A stretch of 64,000 bases of DNA from an uncultured cyanobacterium. GTDB lineage: Bacteria; Cyanobacteriota; Cyanobacteriia; Phormidesmidales; Phormidesmidaceae. A program made the position numbers and the translations under genes. The stretch is from the NCBI GenBank assembly GCA_963793265.1, contig CAWBZI010000001.1, positions 1,312,001 to 1,376,000 on the forward strand, given 5' to 3'. Below the pieces are notes generated by a model. It was given only the letters and a program-made list of their open reading frames with translations, was not told the origin of the DNA and did not search any database. Position 1 is the stretch's first letter; each line of letters starts with the position of its first letter. Shown here in pieces: positions 31,185-41,547 of the stretch.

Positions 31185-31535
31185 ATGGTAAAGAGGGCGA
31201 AAAAGATGGTCACAGCGAATGAGCCAGCCAATCAGCTAGCAGGTGAGCCAGCCGGGAAGCCGGAAAGAGGTCAGGATGAAAAAATTACGGTAGCGGTGAG
31301 CGATCGCATTTGTAAACACATGAACCGCGACCACGCCGAAGCCGTCCTCACCTACGCCCAGCGCTACGGCAACCAGCAGTCGGCCACCGCCGCCACCCTC
31401 ACCGCCATTGACGACACCGGCATGGACTTACAGGCCGAAGTTGAGGGCAAAGCGCTACCCGTACGCGTCAGCTTTGATCACGCGCTAAAAGATGCCGCTG
31501 ATGCTCACCACACGCTAGTCGCGATGCTCAAGTAA
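31185..31535 (+). CDS. DUF2470 domain protein
   Basis: RICKHMNRDHAEA...IDDTGMDL...HHTLVAM. Confidence 0.85.
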   Translation: MVKRAKKMVTANEPANQLAGEPAGKPERGQDEKITVAVSDRICKHMNRDHAEAVLTYAQRYGNQQSATAATLTAIDDTGMDLQAEVEGKALPVRVSFDHALKDAADAHHTLVAMLK

Positions 31536-31551
31536 TTTACAAATTGTGTAA

Positions 31552-31803
31552 ATGACGACCGTAAATATCCACTTTATGCCGGACGATGTGACCACCACTG
31601 CGAAAGTAGGAGAGTCGTGGCTATCAGTAGCCGCCCGCGCAGGCGTTCAAATTTCAACCGGATGTCTGTCGGGAGCCTGCCACGCCTGTGAGATAGAAAT
31701 AGCAAGTGATGCAGGAGAGGAACCCGTACTCGCCTGCCTACAGACCGTTCCGCTGAGTACTGAGCCGATAGAGGTCAACCTGTTTAATGACCCAACTTGG
31801 TAG
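31552..31803 (+). CDS. Small 2Fe-2S ferredoxin-like protein
   Basis: CX4CX2C...C (GCLSGACHAC...AC), ending DPTW. Confidence 0.85.
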   Translation: MTTVNIHFMPDDVTTTAKVGESWLSVAARAGVQISTGCLSGACHACEIEIASDAGEEPVLACLQTVPLSTEPIEVNLFNDPTW

Positions 31804-31964
31804 AGTCTACTTCAGTCAATATCGGTAGGTATTAGTCACAGGCGGGTTGTTCGGTTTCACCCATAGCCGAACATAAACCGGCTTGTTACAGTACTAATAC
31901 GAACAAACAAGAGCGAAATAACTATAGAATCGCGTTCTATCAGTTCTTAAGATAGGTATTAAGC

Positions 31965-32321
31965 ATGGATGATGTTACTGGGAACTTACCGGAGTTTATG
32001 AAGGCCAAAATGGACGCCAAATCTCCCCAAGAAAACGACCTGCTCAGCTATGTAAAGACGATGGATCCTGATACCATCACGCAGCTATCACGCCCTGATT
32101 CTGCTGAAGTTATGCAGGTTATAGAGCATAACGTTATTGGTTTGCTAGGTGGACTGCCCTCTCAAAACTTTGACGTTACCGTCACCACGAACCGAGAAAA
32201 CTTAGGCAGGTTGCTAGCCTCAGCGATGATGAGTGGCTACTTTTTACGCGGCGCAGAACAGCGTTTGAAATTTGAAGAGCAGTTTTCCGAGTCGCTATTT
32301 GACGACAGCAATCTGTCATAG
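31965..32321 (+). CDS. DUF760 domain protein
   Basis: LLGGLPSQNFDVTVTTNRENLGRLLASAMMSGYFLR. Confidence 0.88.
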   Translation: MDDVTGNLPEFMKAKMDAKSPQENDLLSYVKTMDPDTITQLSRPDSAEVMQVIEHNVIGLLGGLPSQNFDVTVTTNRENLGRLLASAMMSGYFLRGAEQRLKFEEQFSESLFDDSNLS

Positions 32322-32337
32322 CAGCTAGGTCTTTTCA

Positions 32338-33528
32338 ATGCCTCGCCGCACCTCATCTCATAGCAAAAAACAAAGCTCGGTGGAGACTTCTCTGCCGAGC
32401 TTGCTAGTGTCTGGAGATATTGCGTCTGAAGGCATTACGTCTGAAAGCACTATCGCTGAAAATATCGTTACAGACCTCCGAGCGCAGCTTCTGAGCTGGT
32501 ACGCCTCTCAAGGCCGCGATCTTCCCTGGCGAAGAACCCAAGATCCCTATGCCATTTGGATCTCGGAAATTATGCTTCAGCAGACCCAGGTCAAAACGGT
32601 TATTCCGTACTACGAGCGCTGGCTAGAAAAGTTTCCCACCGTAGAAGCCCTAGCTGCCGCCAATCAGCAGACGGTACTCAAGCTGTGGGAAGGTCTTGGT
32701 TACTACGCCAGGGCCAGGAACTTACACAAAGCAGCTCAGCAGGTAGCCCACGAGCAAAAAGGTAAATTTCCCACCGATTTAGAAGGGGCTCAGGCCCTTA
32801 AAGGCATTGGCCGCACCACCGCAGGCGGCATCCTCAGCGCAGCTTTCAACCTCCCTACCCCAATACTCGACGGCAATGTCAAGCGCGTTCTTGCCCGCCT
32901 GGTCGCCTTCCCATTCGTCCCAAACAAAGCCCTAAATCAGCTCTGGCAGATCTCCGAACAGCTCCTCGATCCGCAGCACCCACGAGACTTTAACCAGGCC
33001 ATCATGGACTTAGGCGCAACCTTATGTACGCGCCACAATCCCGCCTGCCTGCTTTGCCCATGGCAACCCCACTGCGCAGCGTACAATCAAAATGCCGTAA
33101 CCGACTTTCCCATGACAGAATCTCGTAAGCCTATTCCTCACAAGCAAATTGGCGTTGCCGTTATCACTGATGCCCAGGGCAATATCTTGATTGATCGACG
33201 CAAGCAAGAAGGGCTATTAGGCGGGCTTTGGGAATTTCCTGGTGGCAAGATTGAGCCCGGAGAGAGCGTAGAAGCCTGTGTGAAGCGGGAAATTATGGAG
33301 GAGTTGGGAATTGAGATTGAGGTGGGAAGTCGCCTCATCACCATTGACCATGCCTACACCCATTTCAGAGTCACCCTCAATGTATTTAACTGCACACACC
33401 TCAGCGGCGAGCCAAAGCCAATAGAATGCGACGAAGTGAAGTGGGTCACCCTTGATGAGATTGAAGAGTATCCATTTCCGAAGGCGAACGGTCAGATTAT
33501 TGAGGCGATGAAGCAGCAAGCTGAGTAG
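32338..33528 (+). CDS. mutY: A/G-specific adenine glycosylase with C-terminal MutT/Nudix domain
   Basis: SEIMLQQTQV, GLGYYARARN, HhH-GPD, CX6CX2CX5C, and a Nudix box GGKIEPGES..REIMEELG. Confidence 0.94.
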   Translation: MPRRTSSHSKKQSSVETSLPSLLVSGDIASEGITSESTIAENIVTDLRAQLLSWYASQGRDLPWRRTQDPYAIWISEIMLQQTQVKTVIPYYERWLEKFPTVEALAAANQQTVLKLWEGLGYYARARNLHKAAQQVAHEQKGKFPTDLEGAQALKGIGRTTAGGILSAAFNLPTPILDGNVKRVLARLVAFPFVPNKALNQLWQISEQLLDPQHPRDFNQAIMDLGATLCTRHNPACLLCPWQPHCAAYNQNAVTDFPMTESRKPIPHKQIGVAVITDAQGNILIDRRKQEGLLGGLWEFPGGKIEPGESVEACVKREIMEELGIEIEVGSRLITIDHAYTHFRVTLNVFNCTHLSGEPKPIECDEVKWVTLDEIEEYPFPKANGQIIEAMKQQAE

Positions 33529-33541
33529 GGAAGTAATCGCA

Positions 33542-33883
33542 ATGGAAGCGCCAAACGAGCTATTATTCTCGATAGAAAAAGCAATCTACTTGTTCACGCG
33601 AGAATCACAACCTGGCAAAGGTGGCGATAAGCAAAAGTTTTGGAGAGAGGTTTTAGGTTTTAGCTCGCCTGAAGGCATTCGAGATGCCATATTAGAAAAC
33701 ACTAAGGTGACTGATTTAACGTTTGAAGAAGTTGATAAGTATGGCGATCGCTATCAATCCGTCATCGAAGTTTGCGGGCCTACGGGCAAGTCAAGATTGG
33801 TTAGGGTGGGATGGATAGTACGCCATAATGAGAGCATTGCTAGATTCGTAACGGCTATTCCAGAGAGAGGGAGAAGTGAGTGA
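33542..33883 (+). CDS. DUF6883-like protein (putative toxin domain)
   Basis: EK..YL...GKGGDK..F...LGF, DKYGDRY, GPTGK...VGWIV...RFVTA pattern. Confidence 0.65.
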   Translation: MEAPNELLFSIEKAIYLFTRESQPGKGGDKQKFWREVLGFSSPEGIRDAILENTKVTDLTFEEVDKYGDRYQSVIEVCGPTGKSRLVRVGWIVRHNESIARFVTAIPERGRSE

Positions 33884-34269
33884 TGACGAAGTTCAAATTA
33901 TTTGATCAAGTGCAACTTACGGAGCCCGTAGCGCTGACAGCCTGGATAAGCAACGCTATAGATAACTCGGACGCTGCTCCAGAAGGAACGGTTGGCACTG
34001 TCGTAGAAGTTCTAGCACCAGATGAAGCCTTCTTAGTTGAGCTTTTTGGAGATTGGATAGTTTCAGCAGATACAAATGGGCTGCATAGAGCAAATGCCGA
34101 AGAAGAAGGTGCATTTAGAGAAACGATAGGGGTTGAGACGGTGCGCTCTGATCAAATGAAGCTAATTTATAGAAAAAGTGCGAAAGAGGATTTGTTTCAG
34201 CTACTGGAGGGTATGCCAGAAAGCTTGATTGAAGAGGTTCAAACATTCGCAGAATCGCTGCAGCGTTAA
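33880..34269 (+). CDS. DUF4926-like protein (putative immunity/antitoxin)
   Basis: KLFDQVQL...GTVGTVVEV...AFLVEL; overlaps the upstream stop codon. Confidence 0.65.
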   Translation: MMTKFKLFDQVQLTEPVALTAWISNAIDNSDAAPEGTVGTVVEVLAPDEAFLVELFGDWIVSADTNGLHRANAEEEGAFRETIGVETVRSDQMKLIYRKSAKEDLFQLLEGMPESLIEEVQTFAESLQR

Positions 34270-34563
34270 GGCTTCAAGGAACATCACTATATGTTTCTTC
34301 TGTCTGCATTTGTTCTGTTGTAGAGGAAGGCGATCGCTCTGTACAAAGGGTCGTAGCGCTCAATCTGAAAGTACCAGGGCTCAGATCCAATACTCTTCGT
34401 ATAGAATGTTTCAAACTCTGGGGTTTCCGCTGCTCGGATCTCTTTAGACACAAAGTCATAGGCCCTCAAGTTCAACCAGGTTCCGGCGACACGAACAGAG
34501 AGAATCCATAGGTCTGTAACTGATATGAGAAAGAACCAGAAGTGCTTAGATAGCACGATGTTT

Positions 34564-36093
34564 TTATCCTTTCAGGCAGCGCACTGCTTCTAACATCCCT
34601 TTGGCTTTGTTGAGTGTTTCTTGATACTCACTTTTAGGCACTGAATCTGCAACTAAACCGGCACCCGCCTGTACGCTAATCGTTTGGCTACCATCGTCAG
34701 CGGACTGAACAACCATGGTGCGGATAGTGATTGCGCTATTGAGCTGGCCTTCAAAGTCGTAGTAGCCGTAGACGCCAGAGTAAGGGCCACGGCGGTCAGG
34801 CTCTAGCTCATTGATAATTTGCATCGCGCGAATCTTAGGCGCGCCGCTGACGGTGCCAGCAGGAAAGCTGGCGGTGAGTAAGTCCCAGGCTGTTTTGTTA
34901 GGGGCCAAATCACCCACTACGTTGCTGACAATATGCATGACGTGAGAGTAATTTTCTATCACCATCAGCTCATCTACCACGACGGTGCCGCTGCTGCATA
35001 CGCGGCCTAAGTCGTTGCGGCCCAAGTCAACTAGCATGACGTGCTCTGCAACTTCTTTAGGATCGGCAAGCAAATCAGCCGCATAGTCAGCATCTTCGGT
35101 GGGCGTTTTGCCTCTAGGCCGGGTGCCTGCGATGGGGCGTAGCGTGGCCTGCATCGGCTTACCGGCCTCTGTGCGGGTCGCTTTGACCATGACTTCGGGG
35201 CTAGAGCCGATGAGCTGCCAGCCGTTGAAGTTGAAGTAGCACATGTAAGGGGAGGGGTTGACCAAGCGGAGGGAGCGGTAGAGGTCGAATGGATCGCCGC
35301 TGTAGCTGGCCTGGAGGCGTTGGGAGGCGACGACCTGGAAAATGTCTCCGGCGCGGATGTGGGCTTTGGCTTTTTCGACGCAGGCGCAGAATTCTTCGGC
35401 GGTGCGGTTGCTGGTGTACTCCAGGGGCGGGGCGGTGCTCGCTTCGGGTGATGTCCACTGTAGGAGCGTGTCTTTTTCGCTCAAGGGAAGGCGAAGTTTG
35501 GTGATGAGGTTGGTGGCCAGGTCGCACGCCCCCTCATAAGCCGCCTGCAAATCCACTTCTTCCCCTCTCAAATCGGCATAGGCCACAGCCCACACTTTCC
35601 GCTTCACCTGATCAAAAATCAGCAGGTTATCCATCTGCATCCACAGCCCATCTGGCAAATCGCCTGGCTGACGCGGATAGGTGGTCACAGTCGGCTCAAT
35701 CCAGTTGATTAGCTCGTAGCCCCAAAAGCCAAACAAACCGCCGATGCCGGGCGGCAACTGGGGAAGCAGTACAGGCTTCAGCGGCGCTAAGCAATCTTGC
35801 AGAATATCGAATGGATTGCCGTCGATGACCTGTTGAGTTGAATCGCGGAAGGTCTGCGTTGTCTGTGCGCCCTTAGATTCGAGCACCCACATGGGGTCGC
35901 AGCCCAAAAAGCTATAGCGCCCTAGCGTGCCGCCCTCGACGGATTCCAGCAGAAAGCTATAGGGCTGACCGGCACAAACCTTGTACCAGGCGGACACAGG
36001 GGTGTCGAGATCGGCTACCCATTCTTGGTATACCGGCACAAAGTTTCCTTGTTTGGCAAGCTCGCAGAAGGTTTCAAAGTCTGGAAAGATCAT
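34564..36093 (-). CDS. trpE: Anthranilate synthase component I
   Basis: [44 protein letters not shown]. Confidence 0.95.
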   Translation of the reverse strand: MIFPDFETFCELAKQGNFVPVYQEWVADLDTPVSAWYKVCAGQPYSFLLESVEGGTLGRYSFLGCDPMWVLESKGAQTTQTFRDSTQQVIDGNPFDILQDCLAPLKPVLLPQLPPGIGGLFGFWGYELINWIEPTVTTYPRQPGDLPDGLWMQMDNLLIFDQVKRKVWAVAYADLRGEEVDLQAAYEGACDLATNLITKLRLPLSEKDTLLQWTSPEASTAPPLEYTSNRTAEEFCACVEKAKAHIRAGDIFQVVASQRLQASYSGDPFDLYRSLRLVNPSPYMCYFNFNGWQLIGSSPEVMVKATRTEAGKPMQATLRPIAGTRPRGKTPTEDADYAADLLADPKEVAEHVMLVDLGRNDLGRVCSSGTVVVDELMVIENYSHVMHIVSNVVGDLAPNKTAWDLLTASFPAGTVSGAPKIRAMQIINELEPDRRGPYSGVYGYYDFEGQLNSAITIRTMVVQSADDGSQTISVQAGAGLVADSVPKSEYQETLNKAKGMLEAVRCLKG

Positions 36094-36188
36094 GAGAATT
36101 AGAAAAGGAAGGGGGCGATCGCGCTCGTTAGGCTCTCGGTCAGCAGTCGTTAAACAAAAGAATAGAACATTTGCCCGAGCAATCGATA

Positions 36189-36225
36189 AAACAAAAGGGT
36201 AGCCATAACAGCTACCCTTTTGTTT
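36189..36225 (-). terminator. Terminator after psaD
   Basis: Perfect stem AAACAAAAGGGTAGC-7nt-GCTACCCTTTTGTTT. Confidence 0.8.
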
Positions 36226-36259
36226 AACTTTTTATTCTGGAATAAGGTTCAAACGAGGA

Positions 36260-36688
36260 TCAGACCTCGAAAGTATTCTTGCCGCCAAACTTGATGGTCG
36301 CAGGATCTGGATTTTCGCCAATACGACGCTCTTTCTTGCCGCTGTAGCCACGGCCTTCGTTCACTTTCTCAGGCGGTACGCCATCGGCAGGGTGCAGATA
36401 CGTCGTTTCGCCATTAGGCAAAATGCGATAGATTTTGTAGTCGGTAATCTTAGGCTTGAACTTGGTCTTGAGCTGTCGGCTCAGCGCCAAACACTGCTCT
36501 TTGCGGGATAGATACAGCAGGTTCTCGCCTTCATTCATGATGGCCGCACCAGCCGTAGGCATTTCAAAGACCTGCTCTTTGTCAGAGGTCCAAGTAATTG
36601 CGTACTTTTCTTCAACAGCAGCCTTGGTTAGAAGGCCGCCAGTGCTGCCTCCAAACTTGGGCATCTTACCAGTCAGTTTCTCTGCCAT
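36260..36688 (-). CDS. psaD: Photosystem I subunit II
   Basis: [36 protein letters not shown]. Confidence 0.97.
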   Translation of the reverse strand: MAEKLTGKMPKFGGSTGGLLTKAAVEEKYAITWTSDKEQVFEMPTAGAAIMNEGENLLYLSRKEQCLALSRQLKTKFKPKITDYKIYRILPNGETTYLHPADGVPPEKVNEGRGYSGKKERRIGENPDPATIKFGGKNTFEV

Positions 36689-36779
36689 GAATGAAATTCT
36701 CTCACTTCTTAGCTCACTTGGGATCGTATCATCGCCTTACGGACACTTTTACAGCCTCGCCAAGAAGCGTAACAGTTCG

Positions 36780-38882
36780 TTATGTAGCTTTGCTGTAGCG
36801 AGCTGATGAGGCTGTCTTGGCTGTTTTGGAGGTTTTGGGTGCTCTAGCTGATTTGGACGCGGCTGATTTGGCCGACCTACCCAACTGGCCCGGCTGCTCA
36901 ACGGCGGGCAGGGTGAAATGAATCTGGGTGCCCTGGTCTTTTCCAGCAGAAGTGGCCCAAATTTTGCCGCCAAGCCCTTCTACAATTTGCTGACAGATGG
37001 CTAGCCCTAAACCAGTGCCGCCAACAGAGCGCCGAAGCGCACCTTCTTCCTGGTAAAACCGCTCAAATACGGTTTCTAGGCGATCGCTCTCAATCCCTCT
37101 ACCGCTGTCGCTGACGGTGATTTCAACCATAGACTTACTGATAGGCTCAGCGTGAATCGTCACCTCACCATTGGCCTCTGTGAACTTGCAGGCGTTATCC
37201 AGCAGCTTTGAGAGCACTTCGACAATCCATTCACCGTCTGCACGCACGAAAGGCAGATCGTCGCTCAGGTCGGTTTCTATTCGCATAGAAGGCGCTGAGT
37301 CGGACGTGTTTTGCCAGCGCAGGCTGCTGAGCGCTAAATCGACGCACTCTTGTAGAGATAAGGATTCTAAATTCCACTCTACCCGGCGACTTTCGAGCCG
37401 AGAAAGGGTAAGGAAGTCTTGGACGAGCTTGCGCATTCGCTCGGCATCGGTCATGGCCGTATCGAGCATGATCTGACGCATATCGGCGTCCATGTCGGGC
37501 TCAGAAACCAGGCTCTCTAGGCACACGCGAATGGTAGATAAAGGTGTCCGTAGTTCGTGACCCGTAATGGCGATCAGGTTGCTGCGGGTGCGCTCAAGAT
37601 CGGCTAGCTGCTGGTTGAGATCTTCAAGATTGGCGTAGGCTTCAGCTTGAATAAGGGCCACGCTGAGCTGATTAGCGATCGCCTCTGACAGTTTCACCTC
37701 ATCGTCGTTCCAGTGCCGCCAGCTAGCGCTATCCAAATGCAGCTCAATCATCCCTAAGAGCCGGTTTTTGTGCACCAGTGGCACCATCAAGCAGCCGCGA
37801 ATTTGCCAGCGCCGCAGCCGCACGGTGGCGGTACTTAGCTCAATGCCCTCAACCGATTCGTTGATATCGTCAATTGCCAGCGTGGCATGATTGCTTTTTA
37901 CCCACTGATATAAAGGATTGTCTTTTAAAGGCCAGGCGACGCCCTCAAGCGAGTTGAGATTGGGCTGGCGGTATTCGTGCTGTACAATCACGTCTGCATT
38001 ATTCGGGGCGATGCGGTAGATAATGCAGCGGCTGACGTCCAGCACCCGTCCGAGCTGTTGGGTGGCGATCACAAATATTTCAGCCGGATTTAGCGACTGT
38101 CGAATGGCCGCGGTAATTGAGTTCACTAGGCGGGCTCTTTGCTCTTGGAGTGCGATCGCCCGGTACGCCTTGAGCTGCTTGTACTGACCCGCCTGCAAAT
38201 AAGTAATCAGCCGCTGCGCAAACGGATCGGTGCCCACTTCTAGGTCATGCCCCAGCACCTTTGGAATAAATCGCGTTTTTGCCGCCTTCACCTTTTTAGT
38301 CAGCTCAGGCCGATAAACCTGAATTCTATCTAGCAGCAGGTCAGCAGCCCGCAAACTTACCTGTCGGTCTAGCGTCCAAACCCCTTCAAACCGTCGAGTT
38401 TGATCTAAATGCGGCGTAGAAGCACCTTCTCCGGCAGCGCCCTCTTCTATAGCGCCTGCCAGCACATCTCGCTCTTCGTGCTCTCTACTCTCATCACCAG
38501 TAAGATGCTCGCGACAAATCAGCGCCGCGCTGTAGTGCTTGCCCAGTACCACCAAATGCCACTCCTGAGAAAGCGCATCCGACCCATCAAAGCTAATCTT
38601 TTCGTAAGCATCAACAGACTCGCTAAACTTAGTATCTGCCGCCGAGAGCACATACACCTGATCGCTAAGCTGACCAATGCGCTCATAGCGATGCGCCTCT
38701 TGTCGGTAGAACCGCTCCTGCTGAAAGCTTGCGATAATTAACGGCTTTTGTTCTGAACCTGCCAGCACCTGATCTTCCATCGCATGGGAGAGCGCTGTTA
38801 GTGAGGTTTTGAAATACATCTGAGAGCGTAGCATCGGCAGCGCCTCAAATATTTCTTCCACAATGGAAGTTGGATTACCCAT
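36780..38882 (-). CDS. DICT-GAF sensor histidine kinase
   Basis: KTSLTALSHAMED/ASFQQERFY (DICT), a GAF domain, HELRTPL, NACKFT, GGTGLGL. Confidence 0.9.
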   Translation of the reverse strand: MGNPTSIVEEIFEALPMLRSQMYFKTSLTALSHAMEDQVLAGSEQKPLIIASFQQERFYRQEAHRYERIGQLSDQVYVLSAADTKFSESVDAYEKISFDGSDALSQEWHLVVLGKHYSAALICREHLTGDESREHEERDVLAGAIEEGAAGEGASTPHLDQTRRFEGVWTLDRQVSLRAADLLLDRIQVYRPELTKKVKAAKTRFIPKVLGHDLEVGTDPFAQRLITYLQAGQYKQLKAYRAIALQEQRARLVNSITAAIRQSLNPAEIFVIATQQLGRVLDVSRCIIYRIAPNNADVIVQHEYRQPNLNSLEGVAWPLKDNPLYQWVKSNHATLAIDDINESVEGIELSTATVRLRRWQIRGCLMVPLVHKNRLLGMIELHLDSASWRHWNDDEVKLSEAIANQLSVALIQAEAYANLEDLNQQLADLERTRSNLIAITGHELRTPLSTIRVCLESLVSEPDMDADMRQIMLDTAMTDAERMRKLVQDFLTLSRLESRRVEWNLESLSLQECVDLALSSLRWQNTSDSAPSMRIETDLSDDLPFVRADGEWIVEVLSKLLDNACKFTEANGEVTIHAEPISKSMVEITVSDSGRGIESDRLETVFERFYQEEGALRRSVGGTGLGLAICQQIVEGLGGKIWATSAGKDQGTQIHFTLPAVEQPGQLGRSAKSAASKSARAPKTSKTAKTASSARYSKAT

Positions 38883-39066
38883 AGGAGGTTTGCTTATGTC
38901 CTAGCTCAAGGCGGCAAATGATAAGAGGCTGTGTTTAGGGTGGTTTAAAATTTTATGGTGTCTTAATAAGTACCGTTAGAATAGCAGGCGGCATTGACCG
39001 CAAAGCGCAGAAGTTAACTAAAGGTAAAACAGCCTTCCACAAAAACTTAAAAGACACTAGAGCAGC

Positions 39067-39114
39067 AAAAAGCGGTGGGCAAAGATCTACTAAGATCCTT
39101 GCGTCCACCGCTCT
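39067..39114 (-). terminator. Hairpin downstream of amt
   Basis: AAAAAGCGGTGG...CCACCGCTCT; reads as stem plus U-tract on the minus strand. Confidence 0.6.
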
Positions 39115-39165
39115 TCGGTTAGGTCAGCTTAATTTATCAAAAGCCTCGTACAGCGTATGAGGAGA

Positions 39166-40659
39166 CTAGATAATACCGCCCATATCGCTCGTGTCTTTGA
39201 GGAAACCGCTGTAAGCTTCCATGCCGTGCTCGCCAATATCTAAGCCTTTGAGTTCTTCTTCAGAAGAAACGCGCAGACCAATGAGAGACTTAAGCACAAC
39301 CCACAAAATGGAAGTCACAATTACGGTAAACAAGCCAATCGCTATAATCCCGATGATTTGAGCAATAAGCTGAGTTGGGCCAAAGCCAAAGAAAAGACCC
39401 AGGTCTTTATGGAACAAACCAACAGCCAATGTGCCCCAAATACCACAGACGAGGTGAACAGAAGTCGCGCCTACCGGGTCATCAATTTTGATGCTGTCAA
39501 AGAAGCCCACTGAGAACACAACGATTACACCTGCAATACCGCCGACGATGACTGCGCCCCAGTAGCCAATGCCACCACAGCCAGCAGTAATGCCAACAAG
39601 GCCAGCCAAAATACCGTTGATGACCATAGAAAGGTCAGGCTTGCCGCTGAGCGCCCAAGCTGTGAACGTTGCGGTGATACCACCGGCTGCGGCTGCGAGG
39701 TTAGTCACCAGTGCAATTTGAGGAACTGCGAGACTAGCAGCTAGCTCAGAGCCAGGGTTAAAGCCAAACCAGCCAATCCACAAAATAAGGCAACCTAACG
39801 TTGCAATGCTCATGTTGTGGCCGGGAATCGCATTCACGCCGCCGTTTTGGTACTTGCCAATGCGAGGGCCGAGGAAGATAGCGCCCATCAGAGCCGCCCA
39901 GCCGCCGACGGAGTGAACCACGGTAGAACCCGCAAAGTCGCTAAACGCAACGCCTTCGCCTAAGAAAGACATGTCGCTGAGCCAGCCGCCGCCCCAAACC
40001 CAGTGAGCCGTAACGGGGTAGCAAATTGCTGTAAGCAGAATGCTGAAAATAATGAAGCTAGAGAACTTAACGCGCTCAGCAACCGCACCGGAAACAATAG
40101 TGGCCGCAGTACCTGCAAACGCCGCCTGGAATAAGAAGAACACAGGGACGGTAAGCGTGAGCCCATCGACCAAAGTATCGGGTTCGGAGCCTGCTAGGAA
40201 GAAGCCGCTAAATCCAAAGAAGGCGTTGCCTGTACCGAACGCTAGCGCGTAGCCCAAAGCCCAAAATGACACGGTGGCTAAGGCGAATACGATTAGGTTT
40301 TTGGTGAGAATGTTGACGGCATTTTTTTGACGGCAAAAGCCTGTCTCTAACATGCCAAAGCCAGCGTTCATAAAGATGACCAATATGGAGGCCACCACAA
40401 TCCAGATATTATCTAGGACTATTTGCACGTCGCCAGCGATGACTTCATCTTGAGCGTGAGCTGCAAAGCCCCAGGTCGCGACGATTACAAACGCTAGAGG
40501 AATACAGGCTAGCCAGCCCCAGGCATATTTACGACCGAACGCGCCGCTTAAAGCGCGCTTAGCCATTTCGTTAAACGGCGGGACGTTGGCATCCCAAGGC
40601 GACGCGGCGCGCTTGGAAGACCTTTTTTTTCTAATTGTAAAATTGGACATTTTTGTCAA
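39166..40659 (-). CDS. amt: Ammonium transporter
   Basis: [40 protein letters not shown]. Start may be ATG 40650. Confidence 0.95.
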   Translation of the reverse strand: MTKMSNFTIRKKRSSKRAASPWDANVPPFNEMAKRALSGAFGRKYAWGWLACIPLAFVIVATWGFAAHAQDEVIAGDVQIVLDNIWIVVASILVIFMNAGFGMLETGFCRQKNAVNILTKNLIVFALATVSFWALGYALAFGTGNAFFGFSGFFLAGSEPDTLVDGLTLTVPVFFLFQAAFAGTAATIVSGAVAERVKFSSFIIFSILLTAICYPVTAHWVWGGGWLSDMSFLGEGVAFSDFAGSTVVHSVGGWAALMGAIFLGPRIGKYQNGGVNAIPGHNMSIATLGCLILWIGWFGFNPGSELAASLAVPQIALVTNLAAAAGGITATFTAWALSGKPDLSMVINGILAGLVGITAGCGGIGYWGAVIVGGIAGVIVVFSVGFFDSIKIDDPVGATSVHLVCGIWGTLAVGLFHKDLGLFFGFGPTQLIAQIIGIIAIGLFTVIVTSILWVVLKSLIGLRVSSEEELKGLDIGEHGMEAYSGFLKDTSDMGGII

Positions 40660-40790
40660 GCGTTCCTAACGCAAATAAGACAGTTCAGCAAATAGCCTTA
40701 GTCTTTAGGGCCGCTACGCGATCGCACAGCCCCATGACGGATTGCTCAAACTGTTGGTGCTTATTCCACCAAGTCTGAGCCCAGCAATCT

Positions 40791-40804
40791 GTATCGGCTG
40801 ATAC
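40791..40804 (-). promoter_or_regulatory. NtcA binding site upstream of amt
   Basis: GTA-TCGGCTGA-TAC, with a -10-like TGGAAT 22 nt downstream on the minus strand. Confidence 0.75.
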
Positions 40805-40971
40805 TTTTAATAGAGGAGTTACTACCCCAGATATTGTTTTTTGAACAGGTTTTAGGAAAGCTTTACAAAGCGACTCATTTTTTCTCTACTCAAGGGCACT
40901 TGCAGGCGGACTTTGTATCATTTCTGCAACATTGATTTTTCTTGATACCAAAAGGGTTTCAGCCAAAGATA

Positions 40972-41517
40972 TTAAGTATTGATCATATGCTTTAAATACT
41001 GCCTGGCACCGAGAGCCGCAAGCTGATTCTGCTTGTCATTTACCATTGTTTTGAGCTGCTGTCGGTAGTTTAGAACCTGTTCGAGCAGCGCTGGATTATG
41101 GGCAGCGAGCATTTGTACGGCGAGCAAGCCAGCATTTTTTGCATTGCCAATCGCGACCGTTGCCACTGGAATGCCGCCCGGCATCTGCACAATTGAGTAG
41201 AGAGAATCTACACCCGAGAGCGTGCTCGTTTTCACCGGCACCCCAATCACGGGCAGCGGCGAGAGGGCCGCGACCATACCGGGTAAATGCGCCGCACCGC
41301 CTGCGCCTGCGATAATGACTTTGAGCCCTCGGGTATGCGCTGTTTCTGCGTAGGTGACCATACGCTGCGGGGTGCGATGGGCCGATACAATGGCAACTTC
41401 GTGGGAGATTTGGAAATTTTCGCAAATAGCGATCGCGCCCATCATCGTCGGCAAATCCGAATCGCTGCCCATCACGATCCCAATCTCTATCGGTGCCCCT
41501 GCCTGTGGAGTTGCCAT
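40972..41517 (-). CDS. purE: N5-CAIR mutase
   Basis: MGSDSD, SAHRTP, AGAGGAAHLPG, QMPGGIPVATV. Confidence 0.97.
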   Translation of the reverse strand: MATPQAGAPIEIGIVMGSDSDLPTMMGAIAICENFQISHEVAIVSAHRTPQRMVTYAETAHTRGLKVIIAGAGGAAHLPGMVAALSPLPVIGVPVKTSTLSGVDSLYSIVQMPGGIPVATVAIGNAKNAGLLAVQMLAAHNPALLEQVLNYRQQLKTMVNDKQNQLAALGARQYLKHMINT

Positions 41518-41547
41518 AGCCTCAAGTTTTTCTCACTTATAGCGGTC

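Noticed and set aside
34287..34556. 89-aa ORF downstream of trpE
   Set aside because: GTG start and no recognisable motifs; cannot be supported without a homology search.
35201..35539. Alternative-frame ORFs inside trpE, and similar short shadow ORFs in other large genes
   Set aside because: Explained by codon bias of the real gene; low-complexity translations without motifs.
40915..40948. Second NtcA-like site upstream of amt
   Set aside because: GTATCA and TGATAC half-sites are present, but the spacing does not fit GTA-N8-TAC.
41287..41547. N-terminal extension of the nagA ORF
   Set aside because: Overlaps purE on the opposite strand; the NagA-like sequence starts at ATG 41548.
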